Both the position numbers and the translations under genes were made by a program. Positions 52,011 to 64,000 of a DNA stretch of 64,000 nt are shown piece after piece (position 1 is the stretch's first letter; every line of letters begins with the position of its first letter). This stretch comes from Picochlorum sp. SENEW3. Taxonomy: Eukaryota. Location of the stretch: positions 682,001 to 746,000 of the forward strand of contig CP120461.1 of NCBI GenBank assembly GCA_034226945.1, written 5' to 3'. The notes beneath the pieces are model-generated. The model was not told where the DNA came from, made no database searches, and saw nothing but the letters and a program-made list of their open reading frames with translations.

Positions 52011-52135
52011 AAAAAGAACATGCTTGCTGCGGATACTCAGCAGAGCGTCTAAAGGAGTACTCATTTTGTTTTTGTTTTGTAAGTATATAAATTGTCATTG
52101 CGTGGTTGTGTACATCCAAAACCCAGAAGAGACTC

Positions 52136-52956
52136 ATGGTTGTCTCGTCATTCGCAAACTTGTACTCCTCCTCTGCACATTTTGTCACGCACAAGGTATG
52201 ATTTTAACCATGTAATTTTACATTGAAGTATTTTGATGCATCTGTCGAGACGTTGACGACGAGTTTTGGGTTCCAGGCAACTCTTTCCGTGGGGTCTCAC
52301 CTGCAACCTCACAGCCATGCCACGCCAAGACCAAATCGATTAGGAATTAGAGCACGAAGGATAGGGTCTCCGCGTCTACTGGATCGAACAATTAAAACCC
52401 GTGCGCAATGGCTGGAAAATAGTGCTCAGGTGGAGGTGGACACTCCTGTAGAAGTGGCATGGAGCATGTGGGAGGATAGAGAAAAGATTCCCACTTGGAT
52501 GCCGTGGATCACCAGTGTGGAGATTCAAGAGAATGATAAACACATGTCCAAATGGACGTTATCCACGTATCAATTCAATAGACAGTGGGAATTCAGTTGG
52601 CTTGCCCGGAACATGACCCCCTTGCAGTACCAAAAGATTCACTGGAGGTCTGTGCCCGGATCAACGAGTGGATCGTTGGGGGCAGTGGAGATTCAGAATC
52701 AAGGTCAGATTCGGTTCTTACGAAAGGGGGAGGACCGATGTGCCGTGAAGTTGACCATTTCCTATCAGGTGCCCAGTGTGTTGGCACCCTTTGCAAACGT
52801 ACGTGTGCAAGATGTATACTGATTGACAAGAAGACGCGACCATGATCATGATATATATGTGAATTCGTGCAGCTGTTGACTCCCGTCGTAGAAGGGATCT
52901 TGCAACAAGATATGGAACGATTTGCACAGATTGCAAAGAGCACACACCAACACTAG
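52136..52956 (+). CDS. Plastid polyketide cyclase/SRPBCC-family protein
   Basis: Introns 52196-52276 and 52799-52872; 'WEDREKIPTWMPWITSV', 'FSWLARN..P...QKIHWRS', 'NQGQIRF', 'LQQDMERFA'. Confidence 0.8.
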
Positions 52957-53491
52957 TACCAGAAAGTACAAATGGTATTAAAAAGTTTACAACTGTGATG
53001 GAAACGCATCCTTTCTTCTTGTCTAGTCTTACTGAGAGAATTTTGCAAATATGAATTCCTACATCTCCGAGAATCCCTGCCGAAAAGGCCATCCCCCATT
53101 CCTGTGCGAGAAGCTTCTTCGAAGAAGGATGGCAGACCTGGGTAGACGAGCAACCCAGACATGTACCTCTACAGGTATCATCGATCTGGATCAACAATCT
53201 CATTCCACTGCTCTTCTCGTGTCTCCGTGGTATTTCCAAATCCTGATCCATTGCTCTCGACATGGTTCATACATACATGTGCTGTACAAAAAATGTTTTA
53301 AAGTTTCATTTAGAGAGGATTTATGCTGAATACCCTGCGTCGCCAGTACCAATCCATAATATTATAATACAAATCTAGCATTGATATAGAGAAGTAGTGT
53401 ATGTATACAGATACTGTGAAAGACTAAAAAGCGGCGATAAATCTCTTTGTGACATCCGCAGTCCTTGCGTGTTCTTGATAGTAACAAAACA

Positions 53492-54442
53492 ATGCTTCGC
53501 CAGTACTGCAAGAGCATCGCATCAAAAGTTTTGACACACACATCTCCGATTAGAGAAGTAGAGAGGTCCCTGCTTCCATCGATTCTGTTGGAGCCTGTGT
53601 GCCAAATTTCCTCCACTGGACGACGAGAAGATGAGTCTGACACTGCCTCCACCAGCGCATCGACTTCTATAAAGGATCAAAAGGTATATAGATCTGGGGC
53701 TTTAGCTGTAAAAGTAGGAATGACTCAGGAATGGGATCACTGGGGTGTTCGCATACCTCTGACAGTGTTGTGGATGGATGAGTGCCAGGTTGTCCAGGTC
53801 AAGACCCCTGAAAAGGAAGGGTATTTAAGCCTTCAGTTAGGCATTGGATCAAAGCGTCGCAAACAGCTGCCGGCGAGCTTGTGTGGGCATTTCGATACAG
53901 CAAATGTGCCATTGAAGCGAAAACTGGTAGAGTTTAGAGTATCCCCAGAGGGAGTTCTTCCAGTAGGACACACCTTATCTGCTGCGCATTTTGTTCCTGG
54001 TCAGTATGTGGATGTGGCTGGGACGACAATAGGGAAAGGGTTCCAAGGGGTGATGAAGCGGTGGGGATTTGCTGGGCAACCAGCATCCCACGGAAATTCC
54101 CTGTCCCATAGAGCACCAGGGTCCACAGGAATGTGTCAGGATCCAGGCAAGGTATTCAAAGGGAAGAAAATGCCTGGAAGGATGGGAGGCAAGAGAAAGA
54201 CGGTTCAAAACTGTTATGTATGGCGTGTGGATCCAGAGAGGAATTTACTCTATGTGAGAGGGCAGGTGCCTGGTCACAAGGGCAATTTCGTCGAGATCAA
54301 GGATGCAGCGCATAAAAAGATGGAAGAACAGCCCTTGCTCCCTGTGCCCACGGTGGCGGTCGGCGATGGTGATGACGCTGCGTTTGCATCTGTTCACATT
54401 GCCCCAAAGCCAGAGAGAAACCCATTTGAAATTTCTAGGTAA
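53492..54442 (+). CDS. MRPL3: Mitochondrial ribosomal protein uL3m
   Basis: '[12 protein letters not shown]', '[50 protein letters not shown]'; presequence-like N-terminus. Confidence 0.92.
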   Translation: MLRQYCKSIASKVLTHTSPIREVERSLLPSILLEPVCQISSTGRREDESDTASTSASTSIKDQKVYRSGALAVKVGMTQEWDHWGVRIPLTVLWMDECQVVQVKTPEKEGYLSLQLGIGSKRRKQLPASLCGHFDTANVPLKRKLVEFRVSPEGVLPVGHTLSAAHFVPGQYVDVAGTTIGKGFQGVMKRWGFAGQPASHGNSLSHRAPGSTGMCQDPGKVFKGKKMPGRMGGKRKTVQNCYVWRVDPERNLLYVRGQVPGHKGNFVEIKDAAHKKMEEQPLLPVPTVAVGDGDDAAFASVHIAPKPERNPFEISR

Positions 54443-54771
54443 ATACCATCTATTTCTCTCTCTTTTCCCCCTCTTTGCCAGCAGTAGAACATATAATCAT
54501 ACGTTGTACAGTATGGTTTGAGAGGCCTGCCAGATCAGAGTTCCCTTGTTGGTGACAGCCACTCAATGTCATTTCCCCATGCATGCATGGGCTGCGGAAT
54601 ACATGCCCTGTGCGATGATGTAACACGTCACTACCAGTATAATAGTTACAAAATAATATCCATCTCGTCGCATATCTGTACTGTATCGCATACATACAGG
54701 AAATATACGTGGCCGCGGGTTGTACACACTTTGAATTGCCTACAACGTCCTATTACGATATATCCGTCACT

Positions 54772-56358
54772 ATGATGTCTCATTCGATGGTATTTTTGAC
54801 TGGACAGCGACTGTCTGTGGACTCTGGATGTAGAAATGTCGGAAGAAGGCATCGTCGTTCTCAGGCCACGCAGGTTCGTGCTGCGTTGGCGTCTCCATCT
54901 GAAGGTGGGTTTCATCAAGCAATCGATCCTCATATATAAATTGTGAACCCAAGCATGGGATTGTGTGTATTCTGACGTGGTGTGTGTTGCATGGCATGCG
55001 CAGGCAAGACCATGTTGGTTCAGGACTTGTCCCTTGAGGAACAGGATCCAGAGATTGCCGAGCTGATTCAGAATGAGAAGAAGAGGCAAGTGAGAGGGTT
55101 GGAGCTTATTGCATCCGAGAATTTCACGTCTACGGCGGTGATGACTGCTGTGGGGTCTTGCATGACCAACAAGTACAGTGAGGGGTTGCCTGGGGCTCGG
55201 TACTATGGGGGTAATGAATATATCGATCAGTGTGAGAGGCTGTGTCAGAATCGTGCCTTGGAAGCATTCAGATTGGACAGTAACGAGTGGGGTGTGAATG
55301 TTCAGACGCTGTCTGGTTCTCCAGCCAACTTTGCTGTGTATACTGCCCTGTTGCAGCCACACGACAGGATTATGGGACTGGATTTACCTCATGGCGGGCA
55401 TTTGACCCATGGATTTATGACACCCAAGCGTCGAGTGTCGGCAACATCGGTCTACTTTGAGTCCATGCCATACAGACTGGATGAGTCTACTGGGTTGGTG
55501 GATTATGATGCTCTGGAGAAGAGTGCTCAACTCTTTAGGCCAAAGCTGATCATCGCTGGCGCCTCTGCATACTCGAGAGATTTTGACTACAAGAGGATGA
55601 GAGAGATTGCAGACTCGGTTGGTGCATATTTGATGGCAGATATGGCTCATATTTCTGGGCTTGTTGCTGCTGGATTGGTGGAGAGTCCTTTCGAGTACGC
55701 AGATGTGGTCACCACAACGACTCACAAGTCTCTTCGAGGACCCCGCGGAGGAATGATTTTCTTCAAGAAGGAACTCGAGGGAGCCATCAATCAGGCCGTG
55801 TTCCCTGGATTGCAGGGAGGACCTCACAATCATACCATCTCAGGGCTTGCTGTTGCTCTCAAAGCTGCAACACGGCCAGAGTTTGTCGAGTACCAGAAGC
55901 AAGTCATTTCAAACGCTCGCGCTCTGTCAAAGACTCTCACAGATTTGGGATACACAATTGTATCAGGTGGGACAGATAATCACTTGATTCTCGTAGACCT
56001 GAAGCCCTCAGGAATCGATGGTGCACGGGTGCAGACTGTCCTTGATCTTGTATCGATCACATTGAATAAAAACAGTGTTCCAGGAGATAAGTCTGCCATC
56101 GTGCCCGGGGGAATCCGTGTCGGTACTCCTGCCCTGACCACAAGAGGTTTCCGGGAGGAAGACTTTGAAAAGGTCGCCCATTTCATCGACAGGGCTGTTC
56201 AGATCGCCAAAAATATCAAAGAAATGACCCCAGAACCAGCCAAACTTAAAGACTTTGTAGCGTTTGCGAATTCAGAGGGACCAAACAGACCAGATGTACA
56301 GGCCTTGAAGGAAGAGGTAGAAGCCTTTGCATCACAGTTCCCAATGCCTGGGCTTTGA
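54772..56358 (+). CDS. SHMT: Serine hydroxymethyltransferase, organelle-targeted (likely plastid)
   Basis: Intron 54905-55003; 'LELIASENF', '[15 protein letters not shown]', PLP-lysine motif '[13 protein letters not shown]', 'FPGLQGGPH'. Confidence 0.96.
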
Positions 56359-56482
56359 TCTACTACCATGCTTTGATCTCTGTAAATTGTATTTCTTCTT
56401 TACTTTTTATTACAGTCTTCAAATCGCCATGTGAAGAGGTATTCGCAAAAACATGCTTTCGGTTCAGGGTCGTTGTTGAACC

Positions 56483-59400
56483 ATGAAAGTCGTTCCTCGG
56501 ATAGTTGCATACTCTCGCATCAATCTCCAGCGGTATAGAACGAAGAGACTGTACAACTCTAGGAACCAGGTTTCAAATTCTGTACCGCAGGAAGACTTGG
56601 CAACTTTGGTGGAAAAATTGAAACGGGGCATTCAGTTTGAACAAAAGAAAGGGTTGCAGAATTGGCCGGGGCAGAATCAAATATTTAGTGACTTTTTAAG
56701 TGATGCATTGGATGCAGTTCTCCGTCACAGAGGGCTGGGTGATCGGGAATCTTTCCTCAGACTCAGTGAGTTGGTCAAGAAGAGCAAGTCGTACTCACAG
56801 ATGACGGAAGATATGAGAATGAGCGTCCTGTCTGATGTTGAGAAGATGCTGTGTCATATCGAGCAAGGGTCAGGGAAATCTGTTGGCTGTGATGGGATGG
56901 AATGCACCCCTTTTGTGTTTGACCTGGAGGCCACAGGTCTCTCGACCAAAACATCCCATGTTGTGGAGATTGCTGCTGCTAATATGGTGACACAGGAGTC
57001 ATTTGTGAGTCGTGTTCGCCTTCCAGATGGTGCATCGATTCATCCTGATGTGGAGAAGCTGACTGGCTTGCAGAGTGATGATTTCCGGGATGCATGTGTT
57101 CCTTCGTTTGAACAAGCCATCTCTGAATTCTTTTCGTTTATTCAGACAGCGTGCAATAAACGCCCTGCATCCGTTCCCTTGTTGATAGGTCATAATATTG
57201 TATCATATGATGTGCGGTTGTTGTATAATAGGCTCCAGGCTAGTGGCATGGAACGAGAACAGCGCTTTCTGCTGGAAGAGTGCTTGTTCTTGGATACGCT
57301 GAAGCTTTCCAGGGACCTTCTTGATGATGCAGAATCGTACAAGTTGGGATATTTGTACAATTATTTGACGGGGAAGCAGCCGGAGAATTCACACAGGGCC
57401 CTTGGTGATGTGCATCTCACCATGGAAGTTGTCAATGGCATCCTGCGACGTATGAACATTGATGATTTACGCCAAGGTCGTGCATCAGATCTGCTGAAGC
57501 CATACATCATCACCTCAGAGGTCATGAAGTTTTCTCATAAAAGCGAGAAAACAGCCGTGCCTTCGAAAGAAGAAGCACGTCCAAAGAAAGATGTTGGGGC
57601 CATGTTGACCAGGGATGATATTCTCAACATGGATGTGGCAGGTGACCTTGTGGCGACTGAACCGGAGCCTGATACCTTACTTTCAGATATATTTGAAGAC
57701 AAAAGAGCAATACGTCTGCAGACGCCCGTCAAAGAAATGAAAGTGTTCTCTACTGCTGACAAGAAGCTGCTGACGCAGATGGAGTGCAGCACATTGAAGG
57801 ATGTACTGTATCTCTTCCCAAGAGGATATTTGGCAGCATCTATAGGCAAGTTTCCTCAGACTGATATCGAAGTTGACCAGGCCATTGTTCTTCCGGTGTA
57901 CATGGAGAAAGTGAAAGTCTTTCGTGGCAAATTCCATATCCTCAATGCTAGTATGCGGTGCCTTGATCATGACATGGTGATGGCAGGAAGGCCTTGGGAG
58001 GGAAAAGAAACGAATCCAGTCATCGAGTATAAGGCATTTCGTCGTGGTAGATCAGCAGGTTGGGCAATAGCGAATGAAGAAAAGCGGCTCAAGGCCATGG
58101 GAAATTTCTTTGCTGTATCAGCTCAAGTGACTGTGTCTGATGCGGGCACATTTGTCATCAAAGAGAAAACGCTGGATTTGATGTCTCTGGATTCATTCGT
58201 GAAGCTTCCAAAATCCGATATCTTTCTAAGGGCCATGTATCCTCAAAAGGCCCGAATATCTGCACAGAGCGTCAGCGACATTGTCTCAAGGGCACTTGGT
58301 GCTGTGAACCAGGCTACCAGCAGGCTCCTCGAGCCGCTCCCAAGCAACATTCGTCAAAAGTATTCTATCGGTAGATTTTACGATTCCATTCAGGTATGAT
58401 TTATTTAGTGCAACGTGCTGATTTATACAAAAGTTTTTCACTACATGTGTTCTGGTCTGCAGGAAATTCATCGACCATCTTCCATTGCACAATTTGTCCA
58501 TGCTCGGACTAGTATAGCATTCCATGAGCTCTTCTTTATGCAATTGAGGCTTCTTTGTAGATCTAAAGTCTCAGATAGTGATTATTTTGAGCCAATGTCG
58601 AATTTCGAACAACAGGCATTGGCCACCAAAGCATTGAAATTTCCCCTGACGAATGATCAGGAAAGTGCATTGAAAGCCATCAATACCCTGTTTTCGACCA
58701 CACATTCATCTTCTATTTTGCTTCAAGGAGATGTTGGGTGTGGTAAAACTATCGTGGCCCTTTTAGCAGCACTTATCGTCGTAGGCAATGGAAAGCAGGT
58801 TGCTATCATGGCACCAACAGAAGTCTTGGCAGAACAGCACCTTCGATCTTTCGAACATCTCGTGACTGAGGCCTCGAAAATACCAGGATTCACACAGCCA
58901 AAATACGCATTACTGACAGGTTCAACGAAGACGGCTGAGAGAAAAGCAATCCTCAATCAGCTGGAATCTGGAGACATTGATGTCCTCATCGGGACGCATG
59001 CTCTTCTATCAGCCCCAGTCATTTTTAAAGATCTTGCGTTCGCTGTAGTGGACGAGCAGCACAAATTTGGTGTAGAGCAGAGAGCATCTCTTCTCTCAAA
59101 GGCGAATCCACCCCCTCATATGCTCAACATGTCAGCGACACCAATCCCAAGAAGCCTTGCTCTTGTCCTGTACGGAGAGATGGAATGCATTGAAATACAA
59201 GAGATGCCCCCTGGGAGAATCCCAGTAAAGACATCAGTTTGGACAGAGACTTCAACAACTCGAGATGACCTCATCCACACGATGAAGCGTGAAATTGATT
59301 CCGGAGGAAAATGCTTTGTTGTCTGCCCTCTCATCGACGCCGATGCAGAGAATGGTGTCAGAAGCGTCTTGAACGAAAAGGAGCGGTTATCAGCCACGAA

Positions 59401-59977
59401 GGAGCTTCCATCAGATGCAATAGGCATTCTACATGGAAAAATGACTGGCCCTGAAAAGGATGAGGTCTTGACCCACTTTCTCAACGGCCATCTCCAGATT
59501 CTCATCTCCACGACTGTTGTGGAGGTCGGAGTCAACATTCCAGATGCCTCCCTCATCATCGTGGAGCATGCCGAGCGCTTCGGCCTCGCCCAACTTCACC
59601 AGCTTCGTGGACGAGTGGGACGAGGAACTAGAAGCTCTCAATGCATCCTTGTGACAGAAGGCGACGCAGAAAGGCTGCGCATCCTAGAGGACACGGCATC
59701 AGGTTTCAAAGTCGCCGAGGCTGACTTGCACAGCAGAGGGTCAGGAGACATGATCGGAACTGCACAAGCTGGACAAGGTACCCTGAATTCTCATCGCCTC
59801 TGGGAGCTCCCTCGCGATGCACACCTCGTCACCCAGGCCCGAACAGCTGCCCAAGACTTCATCACTCAGTATGGCTCTGATGTCCATGCCTGGCCCCAGC
59901 ACGCCTCTCAAGCCCTCGACGACCTTTCAGGAGTCAATCTAGACATCAATGAACTACCAAACTTTACATTACAATAA
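56483..59977 (+). CDS. RECG: Organellar RecG helicase with an internal DEDDh exonuclease domain
   Basis: Intron 58394-58462; exonuclease motifs 'FDLEATG', 'GHNIVSYD', 'HRALGDV'; RecG motifs 'LQGDVGCGKT', 'MAPTEVLAEQH', 'VDEQHKFGVEQR', 'MSATPIPRSLA', 'AERFGLAQLHQLRGRVGRG'. Confidence 0.9.
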
Positions 59978-60001
59978 TAATACGACTAGTGTACATGATG
60001 A

Positions 60002-60837
60002 CTAATCCAAGTAAAAAAGAGTCACAATCTTTGTCTCTGCATGCGCCTCTCGACACGTCTCCAACAACAAATTGCTGTCATGAAACGCAAAACAAATAAT
60101 CTGCTGCACACGAGATATAATATCCCTGTTACAAATCCTCGACGCTTCCATCAAAGAAATATCATCATTCTCTGGCATCTCTATAATATTTTGAACATTC
60201 TGCAACAACTCTTGACTCTCTTGCGGCTGACATGAAAAACTCTGCGGCAACACAACCGTCAACAAGTCTGGATTCTCAGCCCTCAACGCCCCACGAATCA
60301 CAGCAGCATTCGTTCCAGTAGCCCCTGATGTAAATATATGATTCCCCTACATACATACAACATATATAGTTGGTATACATTCATTCCACACACACAGGCA
60401 ACACCCAACGCACCGTCAACACCATCGCATACGATAGAACCTCAATCAACTGCTGATGCATAAACCCCATGTTCCGAGTCCCAAAAAATCCGATATTTTT
60501 CGGATGTTCATTTTGAATTGCTAAAAACTCCTACACTCATACCAACGTCACCATCATCGCGATATACACATAAACAACACATATGTAAGCCACTTCATAC
60601 CGCCAAATAATCCTCTGTATCGGGAGGTTTCAGAATATCCTGTAATTGCTGATTAATGTAATCGATAGGATCCACACCAGCGACCATCGCATCCCCCTGT
60701 GTTGGTAGCTCTTTATTCACGATCGGTATACGATCGTCATTCATCGCTGCACATCGCTGTCTATGCTTGACGATGCGTCGTCTGTCATTCCCAAGACGAC
60801 CTACAGAGGACACCCCCCCTGCGATGCACGTTTTCAT
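60002..60837 (-). CDS. Plastid cyanobacterial-type DprA/Smf-like Rossmann-fold protein
   Basis: Introns 60531-60600 and 60347-60413; 'EFLAIQ..HPKNIGFFGTRNMGFMHQQLIEVLSYA', 'TSGATGTNAAVIRGA', 'LLTVVLPQS', 'ICFAFHDS', 'VTLFYLD'. Confidence 0.75.
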
Positions 60838-61025
60838 CGCTGCCCCTCTGCAAATCATGTGCAAAGACAAGAAATGAATTTTATAATATGTATTAATAAT
60901 GAATCTAACGGATGCCGAGCTACTCAGAGTCTGGTATTCATTCATCCATCGACGATTACAATTTCGAATTCGACAGATTCCGGAATCGAATTCCTTACAC
61001 AGTATTCTTATATATAATAACAGAT

Positions 61026-61831
61026 CTATTGTTGTTGTTGTTGTCGAGCTGCCCTGTCTGCTTCAAGCTCTTTGAGAAGACGTGTCAGCTCCTCATCAGT
61101 CAAGAACCGTGGACCACATCCCGCCTCAATCACAGCCACTTCAATATTGGACGTTGACCCTTCCACTACTTCCGTCAACGCTTTCAATGCTAATTTCACC
61201 GTGTCATTTCCAGACGTTTCCTTATAATTCTTCTCCATATACTCCCTCACAGACTTTGAATTCCGCCCGATCGCATTGGCCTTCCACGCAGAATACGTGC
61301 CTGATGGATCCGTCTGGTACAACGCAGGCTTCCCTTCCTGATCAAATCCCACAATCAACATGGATATCCCAAACGGACGAACACCCCCACTCTGTGTATA
61401 CTTTTGCTGCACTCCAGCAATGTATTTCGTCATGTACTCCACACTCGCTGGCTCATCCAATGTCAACCGATGGCTCTGTGCCTCTGTTCGAGCTCTATTG
61501 ATCAACACGCGGGCATCCGCTGTCAACCCAGCAAACGCCAGACAGATGTGATCATCTATTCTAGCAATCTTCCTCACCGTCTGAGACACCTGAAGCTTGG
61601 CCACCGCCTTCTTTTCCACTGCAAGAACCACACAGTCTGTCCCTCTCACCCCAATAGCGAGTGAGCCCTTTCGAACCGCCTCTAACGCATACTCAACCTG
61701 GACCACCATCCATATATAAAATAAAATATATACTTTTTTTTCCAATATATATCCATATGATGTAAGAAACGTACCTGGAATAAGTGTCCATCCGGACTAA
61801 AGACTGTGATTGCTCGATCATACTTGGCCAT
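61026..61831 (-). CDS. PSMA7: 20S proteasome alpha-4 subunit (alpha type-7)
   Basis: Intron 61698-61774; '[24 protein letters not shown]', '[16 protein letters not shown]', '[13 protein letters not shown]', '[11 protein letters not shown]'. Confidence 0.96.
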
Positions 61832-62080
61832 GATTCGCAAGCGACACACAGACTATATATGAGCACGTGTAAAATCTTTCCTTTTCTATATATATATGTA
61901 TGACGCCGTAGTAGTAAAAAATTACTTTGAGATCCATAATATGCGTGTTTCATTCGACAGAGTCTCTCCGTAATACAATACTTTACGTATATAATGCCAT
62001 TTTGAAACGAGAGGAGAGCATCTCATGTTCTCCCAAGTTCAATTGACGATACATTATTATTCCAAGAATAAAAGAAAGTA

Positions 62081-62101
62081 CCACCACCACCACCACCACC
62101 A
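62081..62101. repeat. (CCA)n microsatellite upstream of the cytochrome b561 start
   Basis: About seven CCA units. Confidence 0.85.
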
Positions 62102-62144
62102 CAGAGACAACAAAAGAAAAAAAGAAAGAAAGAAGAGTCTTGCA

Positions 62145-62924
62145 ATGGTTGCGTTGCAGCACCATTCGTTCTCTGCTGCGCTCGCATTGCGCATTGTGCA
62201 GGTTGGAATCACTGGATTGCTTCTCATTTGGATATTTATGTACCTAGGAGGGCTATCTTTGAGTCCGAAGATGATTGATGAGGACACGAACGATACCTTT
62301 GGAATCTTCAATTGGCACCCACTGCTCATGAGTCTTGCCTTTATTGGGTGCATGTCTGAGGCGATCTTGACATACTCGAGCCCATTAGTACACAGTACAG
62401 ATAGAAAGTTGAAAAAGTACACGCATGCAGCATTGCATGCTGCTGCGTGTGTCCTGACAGTGTGTGGGATTGTTGCAGCAATCAAATCCCATACACTGAA
62501 AGCGCCAACCCCCATGCCGAATTTCTATTCCACCCATTCCTACCTCGGTGTGCTCACGTGCCTGATGATGATTGGTCAGATTGTGTTTGGTGTGATGGCG
62601 TATCTGTATCCTCAGTGGTCGTTGGGGGAGAGGCAGGCATTTTCCTCGGTGCACACCTTTTGTGGTGGTGCCACCCTGTGTGTGGGCATGATGACCCTCA
62701 TGGTGGGGCTGCAGGAGAAGACGACGTTTCTGCAGCTCGTCCAGAAACCGAATGTGCGAGGAGCATTGATGCAGATTCCAGCGTTTATTCAAGTAGGTGT
62801 AGCATTATTTACAGTTTTAGTACTCTATCAGGTGGTGTTTGTGTCAAAACTTTCACAGAAAAAGACGATGCAGTTTGCGCCCATCCTGGCCCAGGACGCA
62901 GAGCATGAAATTAATACCATGTAA
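62145..62924 (+). CDS. Cytochrome b561 (transmembrane ascorbate ferrireductase family)
   Basis: 'FNWHPLLMS', 'KYTHAALH', 'NFYSTHSYLG', 'VHTFCG', 'GLQEKTTFL'; conserved heme-ligand His residues. Confidence 0.92.
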   Translation: MVALQHHSFSAALALRIVQVGITGLLLIWIFMYLGGLSLSPKMIDEDTNDTFGIFNWHPLLMSLAFIGCMSEAILTYSSPLVHSTDRKLKKYTHAALHAAACVLTVCGIVAAIKSHTLKAPTPMPNFYSTHSYLGVLTCLMMIGQIVFGVMAYLYPQWSLGERQAFSSVHTFCGGATLCVGMMTLMVGLQEKTTFLQLVQKPNVRGALMQIPAFIQVGVALFTVLVLYQVVFVSKLSQKKTMQFAPILAQDAEHEINTM

Positions 62925-62930
62925 TTTGAA

Positions 62931-63635
62931 TTAGAATTCATCATAGTCTTCATCCTCCGCATGTTCCAGACCATTATCGTCATCTTGTTCCGTATGCATG
63001 TCGTCTTTCACGTCGAGACACTCGGCAATCAATCCAAACTCATCATCATCATTGTTATCTTCTTCTTCCATGTCATCCGCGTCGCTCTCTACAGATGTCT
63101 TCTTCTTCTTCTTCTTCGCTCTCGTCGTCTTTTTCTTCTTCTGCGTTGTTGTTCCGTTGTTGTCCTCTGCATCCCCACGCCGACGACTCTTCTTCTTTCC
63201 CGTGGCAGCATCATCTCCCACATCGGGAGCCTTGGCAACAATATCTTGACAGAAATCCAAGGTTGCTTCCCTCCCCACATGCGCCTTTCTACACACATAT
63301 ACATATATACTTTTACATCAGACACATTGCCATCACCTCATCTATAGAGAATGATCACGTACATGTGAGATGGAGACAGTATTTTCCCATTCCCATGCTC
63401 CACAGACACTGCTACAGCACCCCTGACCAGCTCATCCAAAAACTCTTCCACCGCATAGGCTACACACCAATCGCACCATCTCACACACCATTGTCAACAC
63501 CCACATAATTCTAAACCATCACATACCAACCACGTGCGTCGATGCTGCTGCTACTTTTCCAACATCGTCGTTCGACTGCATGATTTTTTTAATTCGGTTC
63601 TGCAACCCATGGGATTTCGCCAGATGCCGAGACAT
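62931..63635 (-). CDS. DRAP1: NC2-alpha (DRAP1)-like histone-fold protein
   Basis: Introns 63460-63526 and 63289-63362 give 'RIKKIMQSNDDVGKVA...AVEEFLDELV...LSPSHIKAHV...LDFCQDIV'; basic then acidic tail. Confidence 0.85.
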
Positions 63636-63645
63636 TTTACATATA

Positions 63646-64000
63646 TTACAATTCAGAATCTACCATCTCATGATGCATATATTTCATATGGGTGATGCGA
63701 GCGACGATACCCAACACAAGACTGGCGATACCAGCCACTCCAATCAGGCCATACGCAATCCATGTGAGAATACTCATACCCCCTTGCTGACGTTCTTCTT
63801 CTTCTTCCTGAGCACGACGCAGTCGCTTTCTCTCTCGTTCCATCTCCCTTTTTGCTGCTGCCACAGCCAACAGCGTCCTACTCTTTTTGTTCTTTGTGGC
63901 ACTCCCCTCCCCACCACCTGCTGCTGCTGCTGGGACTGTCTTTTTCACAAACTCCCTCTTCCTCTCTTCCAATGTGGACCCTTCTTCTCTTCTATTGTTG
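63646..64000 (-). CDS. 3' end of an unknown protein with a C-terminal TM helix (5' partial)
   Basis: Open frame running toward the window edge; charged region followed by 'ILTWIAYGLIGVAGIASLVLGIVA'. Confidence 0.55.
   Translation of the reverse strand, partial: NNRREEGSTLEERKREFVKKTVPAAAAGGGEGSATKNKKSRTLLAVAAAKREMERERKRLRRAQEEEEERQQGGMSILTWIAYGLIGVAGIASLVLGIVARITHMKYMHHEMVDSEL

Noticed and set aside
62025..62144. Poly-His N-terminus on cytochrome b561
   Set aside because: Comes from a (CCA)n microsatellite and A-rich leader; ATG 62145 gives a normal-length protein

Overview
Eukaryotic nuclear DNA from a very compact green-algal genome. The 18S sequence, short GT-AG introns (about 60-175 nt), TGTAA poly(A) signals and plastid-targeted genes point to Trebouxiophyceae/Chlorellales, probably Picochlorum-like; the genus is inference. 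About 36 protein-coding genes are packed around one complete, intron-free rDNA unit (18S-5.8S-28S, 4395-10230) with an antisense-linked 5S gene. About 34 kb downstream lies an inverted, internally deleted rDNA copy (45104-47445): the upstream spacer is joined directly to the last 1.35 kb of 28S, followed by an intact 5S. Most notable observations: (1) the rDNA remnant, whose 28S differs from the full copy at only three spots, two of them the only GAGCTC hexamers in that stretch, with templated-insertion-like scars; (2) an organellar RecG with a DEDDh 3'-5' exonuclease domain inside it, tail-to-tail with a cyanobacterial DprA-like gene; (3) same-strand gene pairs only 10-43 nt apart and convergent genes with overlapping stops; (4) an intronless sulfotransferase/exostosin-like fusion head-to-head with a small Cys-rich, probably GPI-anchored peptide. 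Gene models were spliced by eye and family calls come from recalled motifs; no searches were run.
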